A stretch of DNA of 64,000 bases from the NCBI GenBank assembly GCA_015067635.1, contig SVMA01000001.1, forward strand, positions 26,913 to 90,912, in the 5' to 3' direction. Under the pieces are notes generated by a model, which was not told the DNA's origin, did no database searches, and worked only from the letters and a program-made list of their open reading frames with translations. Numbering within the stretch: position 1 is the first letter of the stretch; each line of letters begins with the position of its first letter. The stretch is from Oscillospiraceae bacterium (GTDB lineage Bacteria; Bacillota; Clostridia; Oscillospirales; Oscillospiraceae). The position numbers were made by a program, and so were the translations under genes. This document shows, piece by piece, positions 35,719-45,950 of this stretch.

Positions 35719-37182
35719 ATGGAAAATCTCGGCTTTGACAACGGAAAATATCTGCAAACCCAATCTGCCCATATTCGCCGGCGGCTGGATGCTTTCGGTG
35801 GAAAGCTGTATTTGGAATTTGGCGGCAAGCTGTATGACGATAATCATGCCGCACGGGTACTGCCGGGCTTCAAGCCGGACAGCAAACTGCAAATGCTCTT
35901 GCAGCTGAAGGATCAGGTGGAAATCGTCATCGTCATCAATGCCGGTGACATTGAGAAAAATAAGGTGCGCGGAGATTTGGGCATCACCTATGACAGGGAC
36001 GTCCTGCGGCTTTTGAAAATTTTCCGTGATCTGGAGCTGTACGTATCCAGCGTGGTTTTGACCCGCTTCCGGGGTCAGCCCGTAGCAAAAGCTTTTCAGG
36101 CCAGACTGGAAGGGATGGGTCTGAAGGTATACCATCATTTTGATATTGAAGGCTATCCCTCAGATACTGCCCGTGTGGTCAGTGATGAAGGCTTCGGAAA
36201 AAATGACTACATTGAAACCACCCGTTCCCTGGTGGTGGTTACCGCCCCCGGCCCGGGAAGCGGCAAGCTGGCTACCTGCTTGAGTCAGCTGTATCATGAG
36301 CATCAGCGGGGTGCTCAGGCCGGCTATGCCAAATTTGAAACCTTCCCCATCTGGAATCTGCCCCTCAACCATCCGGTGAATCTTGCTTATGAGGCGGCAA
36401 CTGCTGACTTAAATGATGTCAACATGCTCGACCCCTTCCATTTGGAAGCCTATGGGGAGACCACCGTTAATTACAATCGGGATGTGGAAGCATTTCCCGT
36501 ATTGGTTGCCATGTTTGAACAGCTTTTGGGAAATTGTCCCTACAAATCCCCCACAGATATGGGTGTCAACATGGTGGGCAACTGCATCATTGACGATGAA
36601 CAGGTAAAGGAAGCTTCCCGTCAGGAGATTATCCGCCGCTATTACACTGCCCTGTGTGACCATAAAAAAGGCACCGCTTCCGATGAAGTGGTGCGCAAGC
36701 TGGAGCTGTTGGTAAAAAAAGTAGGGGTTGAGCTGTCCGCCCGCAGTGTGGTTGCCGCCGCTTTGGAAAAAGCACAGGTCACCGGTCTGCCCGCCGTTGC
36801 CATTCAACTTCCGGACGGTCAGATCATCACCGGTAAAACCTCCAACCTGCTGGGTGCCTCTGCGGCAGCTCTGCTCAATGCGCTGAAGACTCTGGGCGGC
36901 ATCCGGGACAAGCTGCATCTGATCGCACCGGTGGTCATTGATCCCATTCAAACGCTGAAAACCGGTTATTTGGGAAATCGGAATCCCCGATTGCACACCG
37001 ATGAAATTCTGATCGCACTGTCCATCAGCGCTGCCACGAATCCCACCGCAGAGCTGGCAATGGAACAGCTGAGTAAGCTTCGGGATTGTGAGCTCCATTC
37101 CACCGTCATTTTGTCCGAGGTGGATGAGCTGATGTTCAAGCGTTTGGGTGTCCGCGTCACCTGCGAGCCCGTTTTCGGATAA
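35719..37182 (+). CDS. DUF1846/UPF0371 family protein
   Basis: GFDNGKY, LYLEFGGKL, TAPGPGSGK, YAKFETFP, SPTDMGVN. Confidence 0.88.
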   Translation: MENLGFDNGKYLQTQSAHIRRRLDAFGGKLYLEFGGKLYDDNHAARVLPGFKPDSKLQMLLQLKDQVEIVIVINAGDIEKNKVRGDLGITYDRDVLRLLKIFRDLELYVSSVVLTRFRGQPVAKAFQARLEGMGLKVYHHFDIEGYPSDTARVVSDEGFGKNDYIETTRSLVVVTAPGPGSGKLATCLSQLYHEHQRGAQAGYAKFETFPIWNLPLNHPVNLAYEAATADLNDVNMLDPFHLEAYGETTVNYNRDVEAFPVLVAMFEQLLGNCPYKSPTDMGVNMVGNCIIDDEQVKEASRQEIIRRYYTALCDHKKGTASDEVVRKLELLVKKVGVELSARSVVAAALEKAQVTGLPAVAIQLPDGQIITGKTSNLLGASAAALLNALKTLGGIRDKLHLIAPVVIDPIQTLKTGYLGNRNPRLHTDEILIALSISAATNPTAELAMEQLSKLRDCELHSTVILSEVDELMFKRLGVRVTCEPVFG

Positions 37183-37195
37183 CTGCAAAAATATA

Positions 37196-37228
37196 AGCGG
37201 TCGATTGCATCAGACAATCGACCGCTTT
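37196..37228. terminator. Bidirectional terminator
   Basis: AAGCGGTCGATTG...CAATCGACCGCTTTT. Confidence 0.8.
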
Positions 37229-37235
37229 TCTTTTC

Positions 37236-37814
37236 TCAATATTCCCGAACGACGGCCTTTACCACGCCGATCAGTTCCGCTTCACTGCCGTCAATGGGTT
37301 CGTACTGATCATTTTCCGGCATCAGCCAAATTTCTCCGTTACGGCGGCGAAGCCGCTTAACGGTTGCCTCATCCCCAATCCGGGCGACCACGATCTGCCC
37401 GTCATTCGCTGTTTCCTGGGGACGAACCACCACCTTGTCACCGCCGAGGATTCCCGCATTGATCATGCTGTCGCCCCGCACGCGCAGTGCGAAGCAATGG
37501 GGGTCACCTTCCCAAGCCATCGTCCCCTCCTGATTCTCCACCGCCAAAATCGGCATACCGGCTGTGACCACACCCACAATGGGAATCTGCCCCTGGCGGA
37601 TACCGGTGGACAGAGCACGCTTGCGACCCTTAGCGCCGGGAGCATGGAGCATTCCCTTGTCCTGCAGGGCCTGAATATGATAGCTGACCGATGCCGTAGA
37701 ACGCAGTCCCACCGCCGCACCGATCTCCCGCACAGAGGGGGCGTAGCCATACTCTTGGATAAAGGTGTTCACATACTCTAAAATTTTCTCTGCCTTATCG
37801 CTGGTGCGCGGCAT
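37236..37814 (-). CDS. lexA: SOS repressor LexA
   Basis: GYAPSVREIG wHTH, AG cleavage site (VTAGMP), GDSM Ser, TVKR Lys. Confidence 0.93.
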   Translation of the reverse strand: MPRTSDKAEKILEYVNTFIQEYGYAPSVREIGAAVGLRSTASVSYHIQALQDKGMLHAPGAKGRKRALSTGIRQGQIPIVGVVTAGMPILAVENQEGTMAWEGDPHCFALRVRGDSMINAGILGGDKVVVRPQETANDGQIVVARIGDEATVKRLRRRNGEIWLMPENDQYEPIDGSEAELIGVVKAVVREY

Positions 37815-37961
37815 AAAATCCCCTCCTGACGGTGTTTTTTATGATTATAGCACAAATGAACGAAAAAGAAAAGAGGCAAGTCAAAATATTCTTAATTTTT
37901 TTGGAATATCCCTCCCCCGTCCTGCTATATTGGTATAGAAAGGACAGAGGAGGGGTTATGG

Positions 37962-38399
37962 ATGGATACACCGGAACAAGTCAAAATCTGGAAACGGATA
38001 CGGGGTGACGCACAGCCAATCACGGACGGTTTGCCCGGTCTGACGGCCGGTGCTTTGGCAGAGGCCACACTTTACGGCAATCTGGCACGTCAAATACAGG
38101 GACCGGGACAGAAAATCTTGCTTTCCTTACAGGAGGATGCACTTTCTGCCGCACGCTGTCTCAAAGGAATCTACCAAATCGCAACCGGTATGGCCATGAA
38201 TGTAGCGGCGGTGCCGCCGGCAAACGAAAATACGGATGTTGCCCTGCGGAAAAGCTACGGACGGGCATTAAAGACCCTTACTGCCTACGAAAGCCGTTCC
38301 CATCACGGGGAATACGGCGCTGTTTTTTCCTGTCTTGCCGCAAAAAAGCGGGAGCATTGCTGTAAAATTGCGGAATTGATGGGTCTTTTGGGGGTGTAG
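37962..38399 (+). CDS. Hypothetical helical protein, degenerate ferritin-like, possibly sporulation-related
   Basis: GAGGAGGGG SD; two-fold helical repeat pattern. Confidence 0.6.
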   Translation: MDTPEQVKIWKRIRGDAQPITDGLPGLTAGALAEATLYGNLARQIQGPGQKILLSLQEDALSAARCLKGIYQIATGMAMNVAAVPPANENTDVALRKSYGRALKTLTAYESRSHHGEYGAVFSCLAAKKREHCCKIAELMGLLGV

Positions 38400-38434
38400 A
38401 AAGCCACCGGAAGGGGGATACTGTCCCCGGAGGG

Positions 38435-38830
38435 ATGGCTATGAAATTTCTGAGGACCTGTATCCTTTTTTACATGGGCGGCAGTGCATATATGTTTTTG
38501 GAATTTTTGTGGCGCGGACGCAGTCACGGAAGCATGTTCCTTTTGGGAGGACTGTGCTTCTTGCTGGTGGGCGGTGCAGTAGGGAAACAAAACCGCCTGC
38601 CCCTTGCCCTGCGGCTTGTGTTGGGTGCCGGTATCATAACCGGACTGGAGCTTGTGACGGGACTTCTCGTCAATCGGGATTATCGTGTTTGGGATTACCG
38701 CAACCAGCTCTGGCAATTTGCCGGGCAAATTTGTCTGCCCTTTTCCCTGCTGTGGATTCCTGTCAGCCTTTTGGCCATCGGTCTGTATGCCTTTGCCAGT
38801 TCACGACTGGAAAGACACCTGCAAGGATAA
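38435..38830 (+). CDS. Small membrane protein (CmpB/putative ABC permease-like)
   Basis: LEFLWRGRSH, ELVTGLLVN, WDY, GQICL. Confidence 0.75.
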   Translation: MAMKFLRTCILFYMGGSAYMFLEFLWRGRSHGSMFLLGGLCFLLVGGAVGKQNRLPLALRLVLGAGIITGLELVTGLLVNRDYRVWDYRNQLWQFAGQICLPFSLLWIPVSLLAIGLYAFASSRLERHLQG

Positions 38831-38835
38831 CGGAT

Positions 38836-38864
38836 AACCCCCGCGTGATTTTCACGCGGGGGTT
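38836..38864. terminator. Hairpin between convergent genes, end of pur operon
   Basis: AACCCCCGCGTGA-TTT-TCACGCGGGGGTT. Confidence 0.75.
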
Positions 38865-38869
38865 CGTGC

Positions 38870-41800
38870 TTATTTGAAATACTCCACAGCAGATTGGAAC
38901 AGCTTCATATCATATTCCCCGGGGACATTCCGGTAAAGACCCTGATTCCAGCGTTCACTGTGACCCATCTTGCCCAATACGCGGCCATCTGGAGAAGTAA
39001 TGCCCTCAATGGCAAACAAAGAGCCGTTGGGATTGAAATGAATATCATCGGTGGCATTGCCCTGAAGGTCTACATATTGCGTCGCCACCTGACCGTTGGC
39101 AATCAATGTCCTTGCCAACGCCTCCTCACAGTAGAAACGTCCTTCTCCGTGGGAAATGGGCACATTGTATACCTCTCCTACCTGCGTACCCGTCAGCCAG
39201 GGAGACAGATTGGATGCCACACGGGTGCGAACGATCCGGCTTTGGTGTCGAGCTATGGTGTTAAAGGTCAGGGTGGGACAGGTCTCGTCCGTATCTATGA
39301 TTTTGCCGTAAGGCACCAGACCCAGCTTAATGAGTGCCTGGAAGCCGTTGCAGATACCCAGCATCAAACCGTCCCGGTTCTCCAACAGCTCAGTGACCCG
39401 TTCCTTGACTGCACCGTTGCGGAAAAATGCGGTTATGAACTTGCCGGAGCCATCCGGCTCATCTCCGCCGGAGAAGCCACCGGGAATGAAGATTACCTGA
39501 CTTTCTTTGATCTTTTCCGCAAATTGCTCCACACTGCGGCTGATCGCACCGGCTGTGCGGTTTTGAATTACGAAAATCTCCGGCTCTGCACCGGCAGCTG
39601 CCACCGCCTTGGCAGAATCATACTCACAGTTGGTTCCGGGGAAAACAGGTATCAACACCTTGGGTTTTGCCGTTCGAACGGCAGGAGCCACCGGCAGGGG
39701 TGCCATGTGAGAAACCGTAGGTATGGGGGCATTTTCACCGGTAATGTTGCAGGAATATACGGGTTCCAGCTTACTCTCGTAGGCTGTGAGCACGCTTTCC
39801 ATGGAAAGCTTTTCTTCTCCGAAAACAAATTCGCTTTCCTGTGTGGTAACACCTAGCACCTGTCCCACTTCCCCGTCTGCCATTTCCAGCACAAAGCCGC
39901 CGTAGCAATAGCCAAAGAGGATATCCATGGGCACTGCGGCATCCAATTTGACACCGATGCCGTTGCCGAAGCTCATTTTCATCACCGCTTCTGCCACACC
40001 GCCCATACCCGGGGTGTAGGCTGCAACAGCCTTGCCTTCCCGTAAAAGTGCCGTCACCTGACTGAAAATACTGCGCAGGGAGTCCGTTTCGGGCAGACGG
40101 TTTTTATCATACTGCGGCTTCAGCAGGCAGATTTTATGTCCTGCTCCCTTCCATTCCGGAGATACCACCTCACCCACCTTGCCGGTAGTCACCGCAAAGG
40201 ACACCAGCGTGGGCGGAACATCCAGATTTTCAAAGGTTCCGGACATGGAATCCTTGCCGCCGATGGCGCCGATTCCCAAATCCATTTGGGCCCGGAAAGC
40301 TCCCAACAGAGCCGCTACAGGCTTTCCCCACCGCTTCGGGTCCTTGCCGAGGCGTTCAAAATACTCCTGGAAGGTCAAATAAACATCTTCAAAGGACGCA
40401 CCGGTAGCAATCAGCTTGGAAACAGATTCCACCACCGCCAAATACGCGCCATGATAGGGGCTCTTTTCCGTAATAAAGGGATTGTAGCCGAAGGACATAT
40501 AGGAACAGTCCTCTGTGCTTCCCTTTTCCACGGATATCTTCTGCACCATAGCCTGAATGGGCGTAAGCTGGTATTTGCCGCCAAAGGGCATCAGCACCGT
40601 GCCTGCACCGATGGTAGAGTCAAACCGTTCCGAAAGTCCCCGCTTGGAGCAGGTGTTCAGGTCCGATGCTACGGACAGGAAGTTATCGCAAAAACCGCCG
40701 GAAACCGCCTTTTCATAGCTCTGTGGTTTGGGACAAAGGGCGGTAATATGCTTGTCTGCACCGTTGGAATTTAAGAATTCCCGGCTGATGTCGCAGATTT
40801 TTTTGCCGTTCCAGTTCATCACCAAACGCTTTTCTTCCGTTACCGTCGCCACCACGCAGGCTTGCAGATTTTCCGTTTCCGCCAGCGACAGGAACGTCTG
40901 GGCATCCTTGCTTTCCACTACCACAGCCATTCGTTCCTGCGATTCGGAAATGGCCAGCTCCGTACCGTCCAGACCCTCGTATTTCTTGGGGACCTTGTTC
41001 AAGTCAATAATCAGTCCGTCCGCCAGTTCTCCAATCGCCACCGACACACCGCCGGCGCCGAAGTCATTGCAACGCTTGATCAGTCTGGATGCAATGGGAT
41101 TGCGGAACAATCTCTGCAATTTCCGTTCTTCCGGAGCATTGCCCTTTTGCACTTCCGCACCGCAGGTTTCCAGGGACTGTACGGTGTGGCTTTTGGACGA
41201 GCCGGTAGCACCGCCACAGCCGTCCCGACCGGTGGAGCCACCCAGTAAAATGACCACGTCCCCTGCTTCGGGACGCTCTCTGCGTACGTTTTCTGCCGGT
41301 GCGGCGGCAATGACTGCGCCGATCTCCATCCGCTTGGCCGCATAGCCGGGATGGTATATCTCATCCACAATACCGGTGGCAAGACCGATCTGGTTGCCAT
41401 AGGAAGAATAGCCGGCGGCCGCTGTGGTCACGATTTTCCGTTGGGGCAGCTTGCCCGGAATCGTTTCAGAAACCGGCTTCAGCGGGTCTGCCGCACCGGT
41501 TACACGCATAGCACCGTATACATAGCTCCGACCGGAAAGGGGGTCCCGAATGGCACCACCGATACAGGTTGCCGCACCACCGAAGGGTTCAATTTCCGTG
41601 GGATGATTATGGGTCTCGTTTTTGAACAGCAACAGCCACGGCTGCGTTTCTCCGTCAACCGTAACCTGAATTTTTACCGTACAGGCATTGATCTCCTCGC
41701 TCTCATCCAGCTTGGAAAGCTGCCCGTTCATCCGCAGATGCTTCACTGCAATGGTCGCAAGATCCATCAGGCAGATGCTCTTATGGGTGCGACCCAGTTC

Positions 41801-42559
41801 CTGACGGGTTTTTCTGTACCGGTCCCAGGTTTCCTGCAGCAGGGCATCCTCAAACACCGCCTCATCAATGACGGTTGCAAAGGTGGTATGCCGGCAATGG
41901 TCGGACCAATAGGTGTCGATCATCCGGATTTCCGTAATGGTAGGATCCCGCTGTTCCGTCCGAAAATAGCTCTGGCAGAAGGCAATGTCATCCAGGTCCA
42001 TTGCCAGACCGTATTGCCGGATAAAGGCGGATAAACCTTCCGTATCCAAATCGATAAAGCCATCCAGCGTGGCAACCTGGGTGGGGATATCATACTGCAT
42101 GGCCAATGTATCGGGTTTTTCCAGGGAAGCTTCCCGACATTCCACAGGATTAATAACGTATTTCTTAATTTGGGCAATTTCTGCCGGAGTCAGCTTGCCG
42201 TACAGGGCATATACCTTGGCTGTGCGAATGGCAGGACGCTCGCCGGTGCTGAGAATCTGAATGCACTGTGCCGCAGAATCCGCCCGTTGGTCAAACTGTC
42301 CGGGCAAGGGCTCCACCGCAAACACCGTCGCTCCCTTCAGCTCCGCCTTGGTCGTGGCAATATCCACCTGCGGCTCTGCAAACACCGTTTGCACCGCATA
42401 ATCAAACAGTTCCTGTGTGATATTTTCCGCATCGTAGCGGTTCAGTACCCGCACTTTTTCCAGGCTGTGGATACCCAACAGATTGACAGCGTCATGGAAA
42501 AGGCTCTTCGCCTCGCTGGCCAATGCTTCTTTTTTTTCCACAAAAATACGATAAACCAT
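38870..42559 (-). CDS. purL: Phosphoribosylformylglycinamidine synthase, large fused type
   Basis: WSDHCRH, ETHNHP, NDFGAGG, FPGTNC, GICNGFQ, SHGEG, MGHSER. Confidence 0.97.
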   Translation of the reverse strand: MVYRIFVEKKEALASEAKSLFHDAVNLLGIHSLEKVRVLNRYDAENITQELFDYAVQTVFAEPQVDIATTKAELKGATVFAVEPLPGQFDQRADSAAQCIQILSTGERPAIRTAKVYALYGKLTPAEIAQIKKYVINPVECREASLEKPDTLAMQYDIPTQVATLDGFIDLDTEGLSAFIRQYGLAMDLDDIAFCQSYFRTEQRDPTITEIRMIDTYWSDHCRHTTFATVIDEAVFEDALLQETWDRYRKTRQELGRTHKSICLMDLATIAVKHLRMNGQLSKLDESEEINACTVKIQVTVDGETQPWLLLFKNETHNHPTEIEPFGGAATCIGGAIRDPLSGRSYVYGAMRVTGAADPLKPVSETIPGKLPQRKIVTTAAAGYSSYGNQIGLATGIVDEIYHPGYAAKRMEIGAVIAAAPAENVRRERPEAGDVVILLGGSTGRDGCGGATGSSKSHTVQSLETCGAEVQKGNAPEERKLQRLFRNPIASRLIKRCNDFGAGGVSVAIGELADGLIIDLNKVPKKYEGLDGTELAISESQERMAVVVESKDAQTFLSLAETENLQACVVATVTEEKRLVMNWNGKKICDISREFLNSNGADKHITALCPKPQSYEKAVSGGFCDNFLSVASDLNTCSKRGLSERFDSTIGAGTVLMPFGGKYQLTPIQAMVQKISVEKGSTEDCSYMSFGYNPFITEKSPYHGAYLAVVESVSKLIATGASFEDVYLTFQEYFERLGKDPKRWGKPVAALLGAFRAQMDLGIGAIGGKDSMSGTFENLDVPPTLVSFAVTTGKVGEVVSPEWKGAGHKICLLKPQYDKNRLPETDSLRSIFSQVTALLREGKAVAAYTPGMGGVAEAVMKMSFGNGIGVKLDAAVPMDILFGYCYGGFVLEMADGEVGQVLGVTTQESEFVFGEEKLSMESVLTAYESKLEPVYSCNITGENAPIPTVSHMAPLPVAPAVRTAKPKVLIPVFPGTNCEYDSAKAVAAAGAEPEIFVIQNRTAGAISRSVEQFAEKIKESQVIFIPGGFSGGDEPDGSGKFITAFFRNGAVKERVTELLENRDGLMLGICNGFQALIKLGLVPYGKIIDTDETCPTLTFNTIARHQSRIVRTRVASNLSPWLTGTQVGEVYNVPISHGEGRFYCEEALARTLIANGQVATQYVDLQGNATDDIHFNPNGSLFAIEGITSPDGRVLGKMGHSERWNQGLYRNVPGEYDMKLFQSAVEYFK

Positions 42560-42569
42560 ATTTTTCTCC

Positions 42570-43835
42570 TTATTTTCCTGCAGCCAATGCGCGCTGACCG
42601 ATGTCGCTTCTGCGGCAGGCTTTTTCGAATTTTACCCCATCAGCCAGTCGGTAGGCCTCTGCAACCGCTTCTGCCAGAGAGTCCGCCACTGCCGTAGTGC
42701 CGGTGACCCGTCCGCCGGAGGTGTAAAGCCTTCCGTTTTCCAGCTTTGCGCCGGCAACGAAAGTGTTTTTCTGCGCTTCCTCGGTCATGGTGATGGGAAA
42801 GCCCTTCTGATAGCTTTCCGGATAGCCGCCGGAAGCAGTTACCACACAACAGGCGTGCTTATTGGAAAACTTCACTTCCGTTTCCGAAAGCGTTCCGTTG
42901 GTACAGGCCTGCATCACTGTCAGCAAATCGCTTTCCAGTAAGGGAAGCACCACCTGGGTCTCCGGGTCGCCGAAGCGGCAATTATACTCAATTACCTTGG
43001 GTCCGTCGGCTGTGAGCATCAAGCCGAAATACAGACAGCCCTGAAAGCTCCTGCCCTCCCGATTCATAGCATTGACTGTGGGCAGGAATATTTCTTCCAT
43101 ACACCGCTTTGCCAAAGCTTCTGTGTAATAGGGATTGGGTGCAACTGTGCCCATTCCGCCGGTGTTCAGACCGGTATCTCCATCGCCGATACGCTTATGG
43201 TCCATGGAGGAAACCATGGGTTTCACCGTCTTTCCGTCGGTAAAGGCCAGCACGGATACCTCCGGTCCGGTCAAAAATTCTTCGATCACCACCGTGGAGC
43301 CGGAGGCGCCGAATTTGGCATTTGCCATCATGTCGGTCACAGCCTGCTCCGCTTCTTCCCGGGTCTGGGCGATGATCACACCCTTACCCAGCGCCAGACC
43401 GTCCGCCTTCACCACTGTGGGGACAGGGGCGGTCTTTAAGTATTCCAGCGCCTTGGAAAGCTCCGTAAATATCTCATATTTCGCCGTGGGGATGCCGTAT
43501 TTTTTCATCAATTCCTTGGAAAACGCCTTACTGCCTTCAATCATGGCGGCTTTGGCATTGGGTCCGAAGCAGGGAATCCCCTTTTCTTTCAACCGGTCCA
43601 CACAGCCCAGCACCAACGGATCATCCGGTGCAACCACCGCATAATCGATAGCATGACCGGCCGCAAATTCCACGATTTTGTCAATTTCCGTTGCTCCAAT
43701 GGCCACACAAACTGCATCCGCAGCAATACCGCCGTTGCCCGGCAGGGCATAAACGGTGGAGACAGCCTTGTTTGCCTTCAGTTTTTTGATAATGGCGTGT
43801 TCCCGTCCACCGCCACCGATGACCAATATGTTCAT
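42570..43835 (-). CDS. purD: Phosphoribosylamine-glycine ligase
   Basis: GGGGREHA, KADGLALGKGV, NTGGMG, RFGDPE; start MNILV. Confidence 0.97.
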   Translation of the reverse strand: MNILVIGGGGREHAIIKKLKANKAVSTVYALPGNGGIAADAVCVAIGATEIDKIVEFAAGHAIDYAVVAPDDPLVLGCVDRLKEKGIPCFGPNAKAAMIEGSKAFSKELMKKYGIPTAKYEIFTELSKALEYLKTAPVPTVVKADGLALGKGVIIAQTREEAEQAVTDMMANAKFGASGSTVVIEEFLTGPEVSVLAFTDGKTVKPMVSSMDHKRIGDGDTGLNTGGMGTVAPNPYYTEALAKRCMEEIFLPTVNAMNREGRSFQGCLYFGLMLTADGPKVIEYNCRFGDPETQVVLPLLESDLLTVMQACTNGTLSETEVKFSNKHACCVVTASGGYPESYQKGFPITMTEEAQKNTFVAGAKLENGRLYTSGGRVTGTTAVADSLAEAVAEAYRLADGVKFEKACRRSDIGQRALAAGK

Positions 43836-43901
43836 AGATACCTCCCTTAATCCGTGGGAATCCACTTGGCTCTCCCTCTGGGAGAGCCGGTTTTTTGTGC
43901 C

Positions 43902-45086
43902 TTAATGATGGAAAAGACGCATGCCTGTAAAGGCCATGGCGATGCCCTTCTTGTTGCACTCTTCAATCACCAGATCGTCCCGGATGGAGCCGCCAGGCTG
44001 GGCGATGTACTTGACACCGGAAGCGTATGCCCGCTTTACGTTATCCGCAAAGGGGAAGAATGCATCGCTGCCCAAAGCCACATCCTGTCGGGAAGACAGC
44101 CACGCCCTTTTCTCTTCCTCGGTCAGACGCTCAGGCTGGCAGGTAAAGTAATTCTGCCAAATGCCGTCGGCACACACATCCTCTTCGTTTCCGTTGATGT
44201 AACCGTCAATTACATTATCCCGGTTGGGACGGCCCAGATCCTCACGGAAAGGCAGGCTGAGCGTCTTGGGATGCTGACGCAAAAACCAGGTATCCGCCTT
44301 ACCGCCTGCCAGTCTGGTGCAATGCACCCGGGACTGCTGACCGGCACCCACACCGATGGCCTGTCCGTCATAGGCAAAGCACACGGAGTTGGACTGGGTG
44401 TATTTCAATGTGATCAGCGCCACGATCAGGTCGATTTTGGCACTTTCGGGAAGCTCCTTGTTTTCTGTCACAAGATTGGTCAGCAGGGCTTCATCGATCT
44501 TAAAATTATTGCGTCCCTGCTCAAAGGTGATGCCGAATACCTGCTTGGTTTCCTGGGTTTCCGGCACATAATCCGCATCAATGGCCACCACGTTGTAGCC
44601 GCCCTTGCGCTTGGTCTTCAGAATTGCCAGCGCCTCTTCTGTATAGCCGGGAGCGATTACGCCGTCGGACACTTCCCGGGCGATAAGCTTTGCAGTGAGT
44701 TCGTCGCACACATCGGAAAGCGCGACCCAGTCACCAAAAGAGCACATCCGGTCCGCACCCCGTGCGCGGGCATAGGCACAAGCCAGAGGGCTGTCGTCCA
44801 GACCTTCGATGTCATCCACAAAACAGGCCTTTTTCAGTTCTGCCGGCAGGATTTTCCCTACTGCGGCAGAGGTGGGCGAAACATGCTTAAAAGAGGTAAC
44901 GCAAACCATACCGGTGGCTTCCTTCAATTCCTTGACCAGCTGCCAGGAATTCAGAGCGTCTAAAAAGTTGATATAACCGGGGCGTCCGTTCAAAATGGTG
45001 ATGGGCAGTTCGCTGCCGTCGCGCATATAGATTTTAGACGGCTTCTGGTTGGGATTACAGCCGTACTTCAGTTCAAATTCTTTCAT
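43902..45086 (-). CDS. purJ: Monofunctional AICAR formyltransferase (PurH C-terminal domain only)
   Basis: LKYGCNPNQ, FKHVSP, KYTQSNS, GQQSRVHC, SDAFFPF; no N-terminal MGS/cyclohydrolase domain. Confidence 0.9.
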   Translation of the reverse strand: MKEFELKYGCNPNQKPSKIYMRDGSELPITILNGRPGYINFLDALNSWQLVKELKEATGMVCVTSFKHVSPTSAAVGKILPAELKKACFVDDIEGLDDSPLACAYARARGADRMCSFGDWVALSDVCDELTAKLIAREVSDGVIAPGYTEEALAILKTKRKGGYNVVAIDADYVPETQETKQVFGITFEQGRNNFKIDEALLTNLVTENKELPESAKIDLIVALITLKYTQSNSVCFAYDGQAIGVGAGQQSRVHCTRLAGGKADTWFLRQHPKTLSLPFREDLGRPNRDNVIDGYINGNEEDVCADGIWQNYFTCQPERLTEEEKRAWLSSRQDVALGSDAFFPFADNVKRAYASGVKYIAQPGGSIRDDLVIEECNKKGIAMAFTGMRLFHH

Positions 45087-45117
45087 GTTAATTACCTCCA
45101 ATATTCCGGTTTAGAAT

Positions 45118-45232
45118 CTTGGCCCTCTCCGACGAGGGGGCTGTCAGCCGAGCAGGCTGACCGGGGGAGAGAAACTACCCCTCAGACCAAAATCAGAGAT
45201 TTTGGTCAACTCCCCTGACAAGGGGAGCCAAG
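45118..45232. repeat. Multi-hairpin REP-like element
   Basis: CTTGGC...GCCAAG ends with internal GTCAGC/GCTGAC, GACCAAAATC/GATTTTGGTC and CTCCCC/GGGGAG stems; related remnant at 43865-43888. Confidence 0.7.
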
Positions 45233-45236
45233 GTGC

Positions 45237-45950
45237 TTACTTATGCTTATTGATGATCCTCTGTTCCTTTTCTCCGCTTATCAGATCGGTATAGCGGACA
45301 AACAGAGAGATTTTATTGTCCTCGTTCAGAGTTTCCCACAGCTCCGCGGTAAAGGCATCAATGTCCTGCGGGACAGATACCCGTTCCGGCTCGCCCTGGA
45401 AGGTCGGAATCACCGGATTGCCATCACACACATAGGTGTGCAGGAAATGGCCAAGACCTGCCTTAGCAGGATATTCGTAGAAGAAACGGGCACAGTCCGT
45501 ACCTTCGGGATCGTTGGCTTTCAGAATGGACATTTTATAACTGCCGTCCCCGGCCTGCAAGCCGGAAATACGGGGTGTCCAGTTGGGGCCGTCATCCTCA
45601 AAGCATCGGGTGCGCAGGGCCGCTTCCCAGCTTTCGCCACGGGAAAGGTACTGCCAGACCGTATCCGTCTGGTCGCCGTTGGTGACGATCAAGCCGCATC
45701 CGGCCTCCCGAACAGGATGGTAAATGATCAGATGGGGGTCCTTCATCAGACTGGGATCATAGGCTTCTGTGCGGATGCCGTCCGGCTCCTGCACGAATAC
45801 CCGGTTGCGGGAATTCACACTGCGTCCCATGATAAAATAGGCCGCTACGGCCTTTTTGCCGTCCGGGGTGACTCCCAAAACGATACCCCGACCGGGGTAA
45901 GTATTGCCGGACAGTTTTTCGGTCATCGTGGCCACTTCGTAAACATTCAT
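45237..45950 (-). CDS. purO: IMP cyclohydrolase, PurO-like
   Basis: YPGRGI, YFIMGRSVNSRNR, LIIY, TNGDQTD, TPRISG. Confidence 0.88.
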   Translation of the reverse strand: MNVYEVATMTEKLSGNTYPGRGIVLGVTPDGKKAVAAYFIMGRSVNSRNRVFVQEPDGIRTEAYDPSLMKDPHLIIYHPVREAGCGLIVTNGDQTDTVWQYLSRGESWEAALRTRCFEDDGPNWTPRISGLQAGDGSYKMSILKANDPEGTDCARFFYEYPAKAGLGHFLHTYVCDGNPVIPTFQGEPERVSVPQDIDAFTAELWETLNEDNKISLFVRYTDLISGEKEQRIINKHK

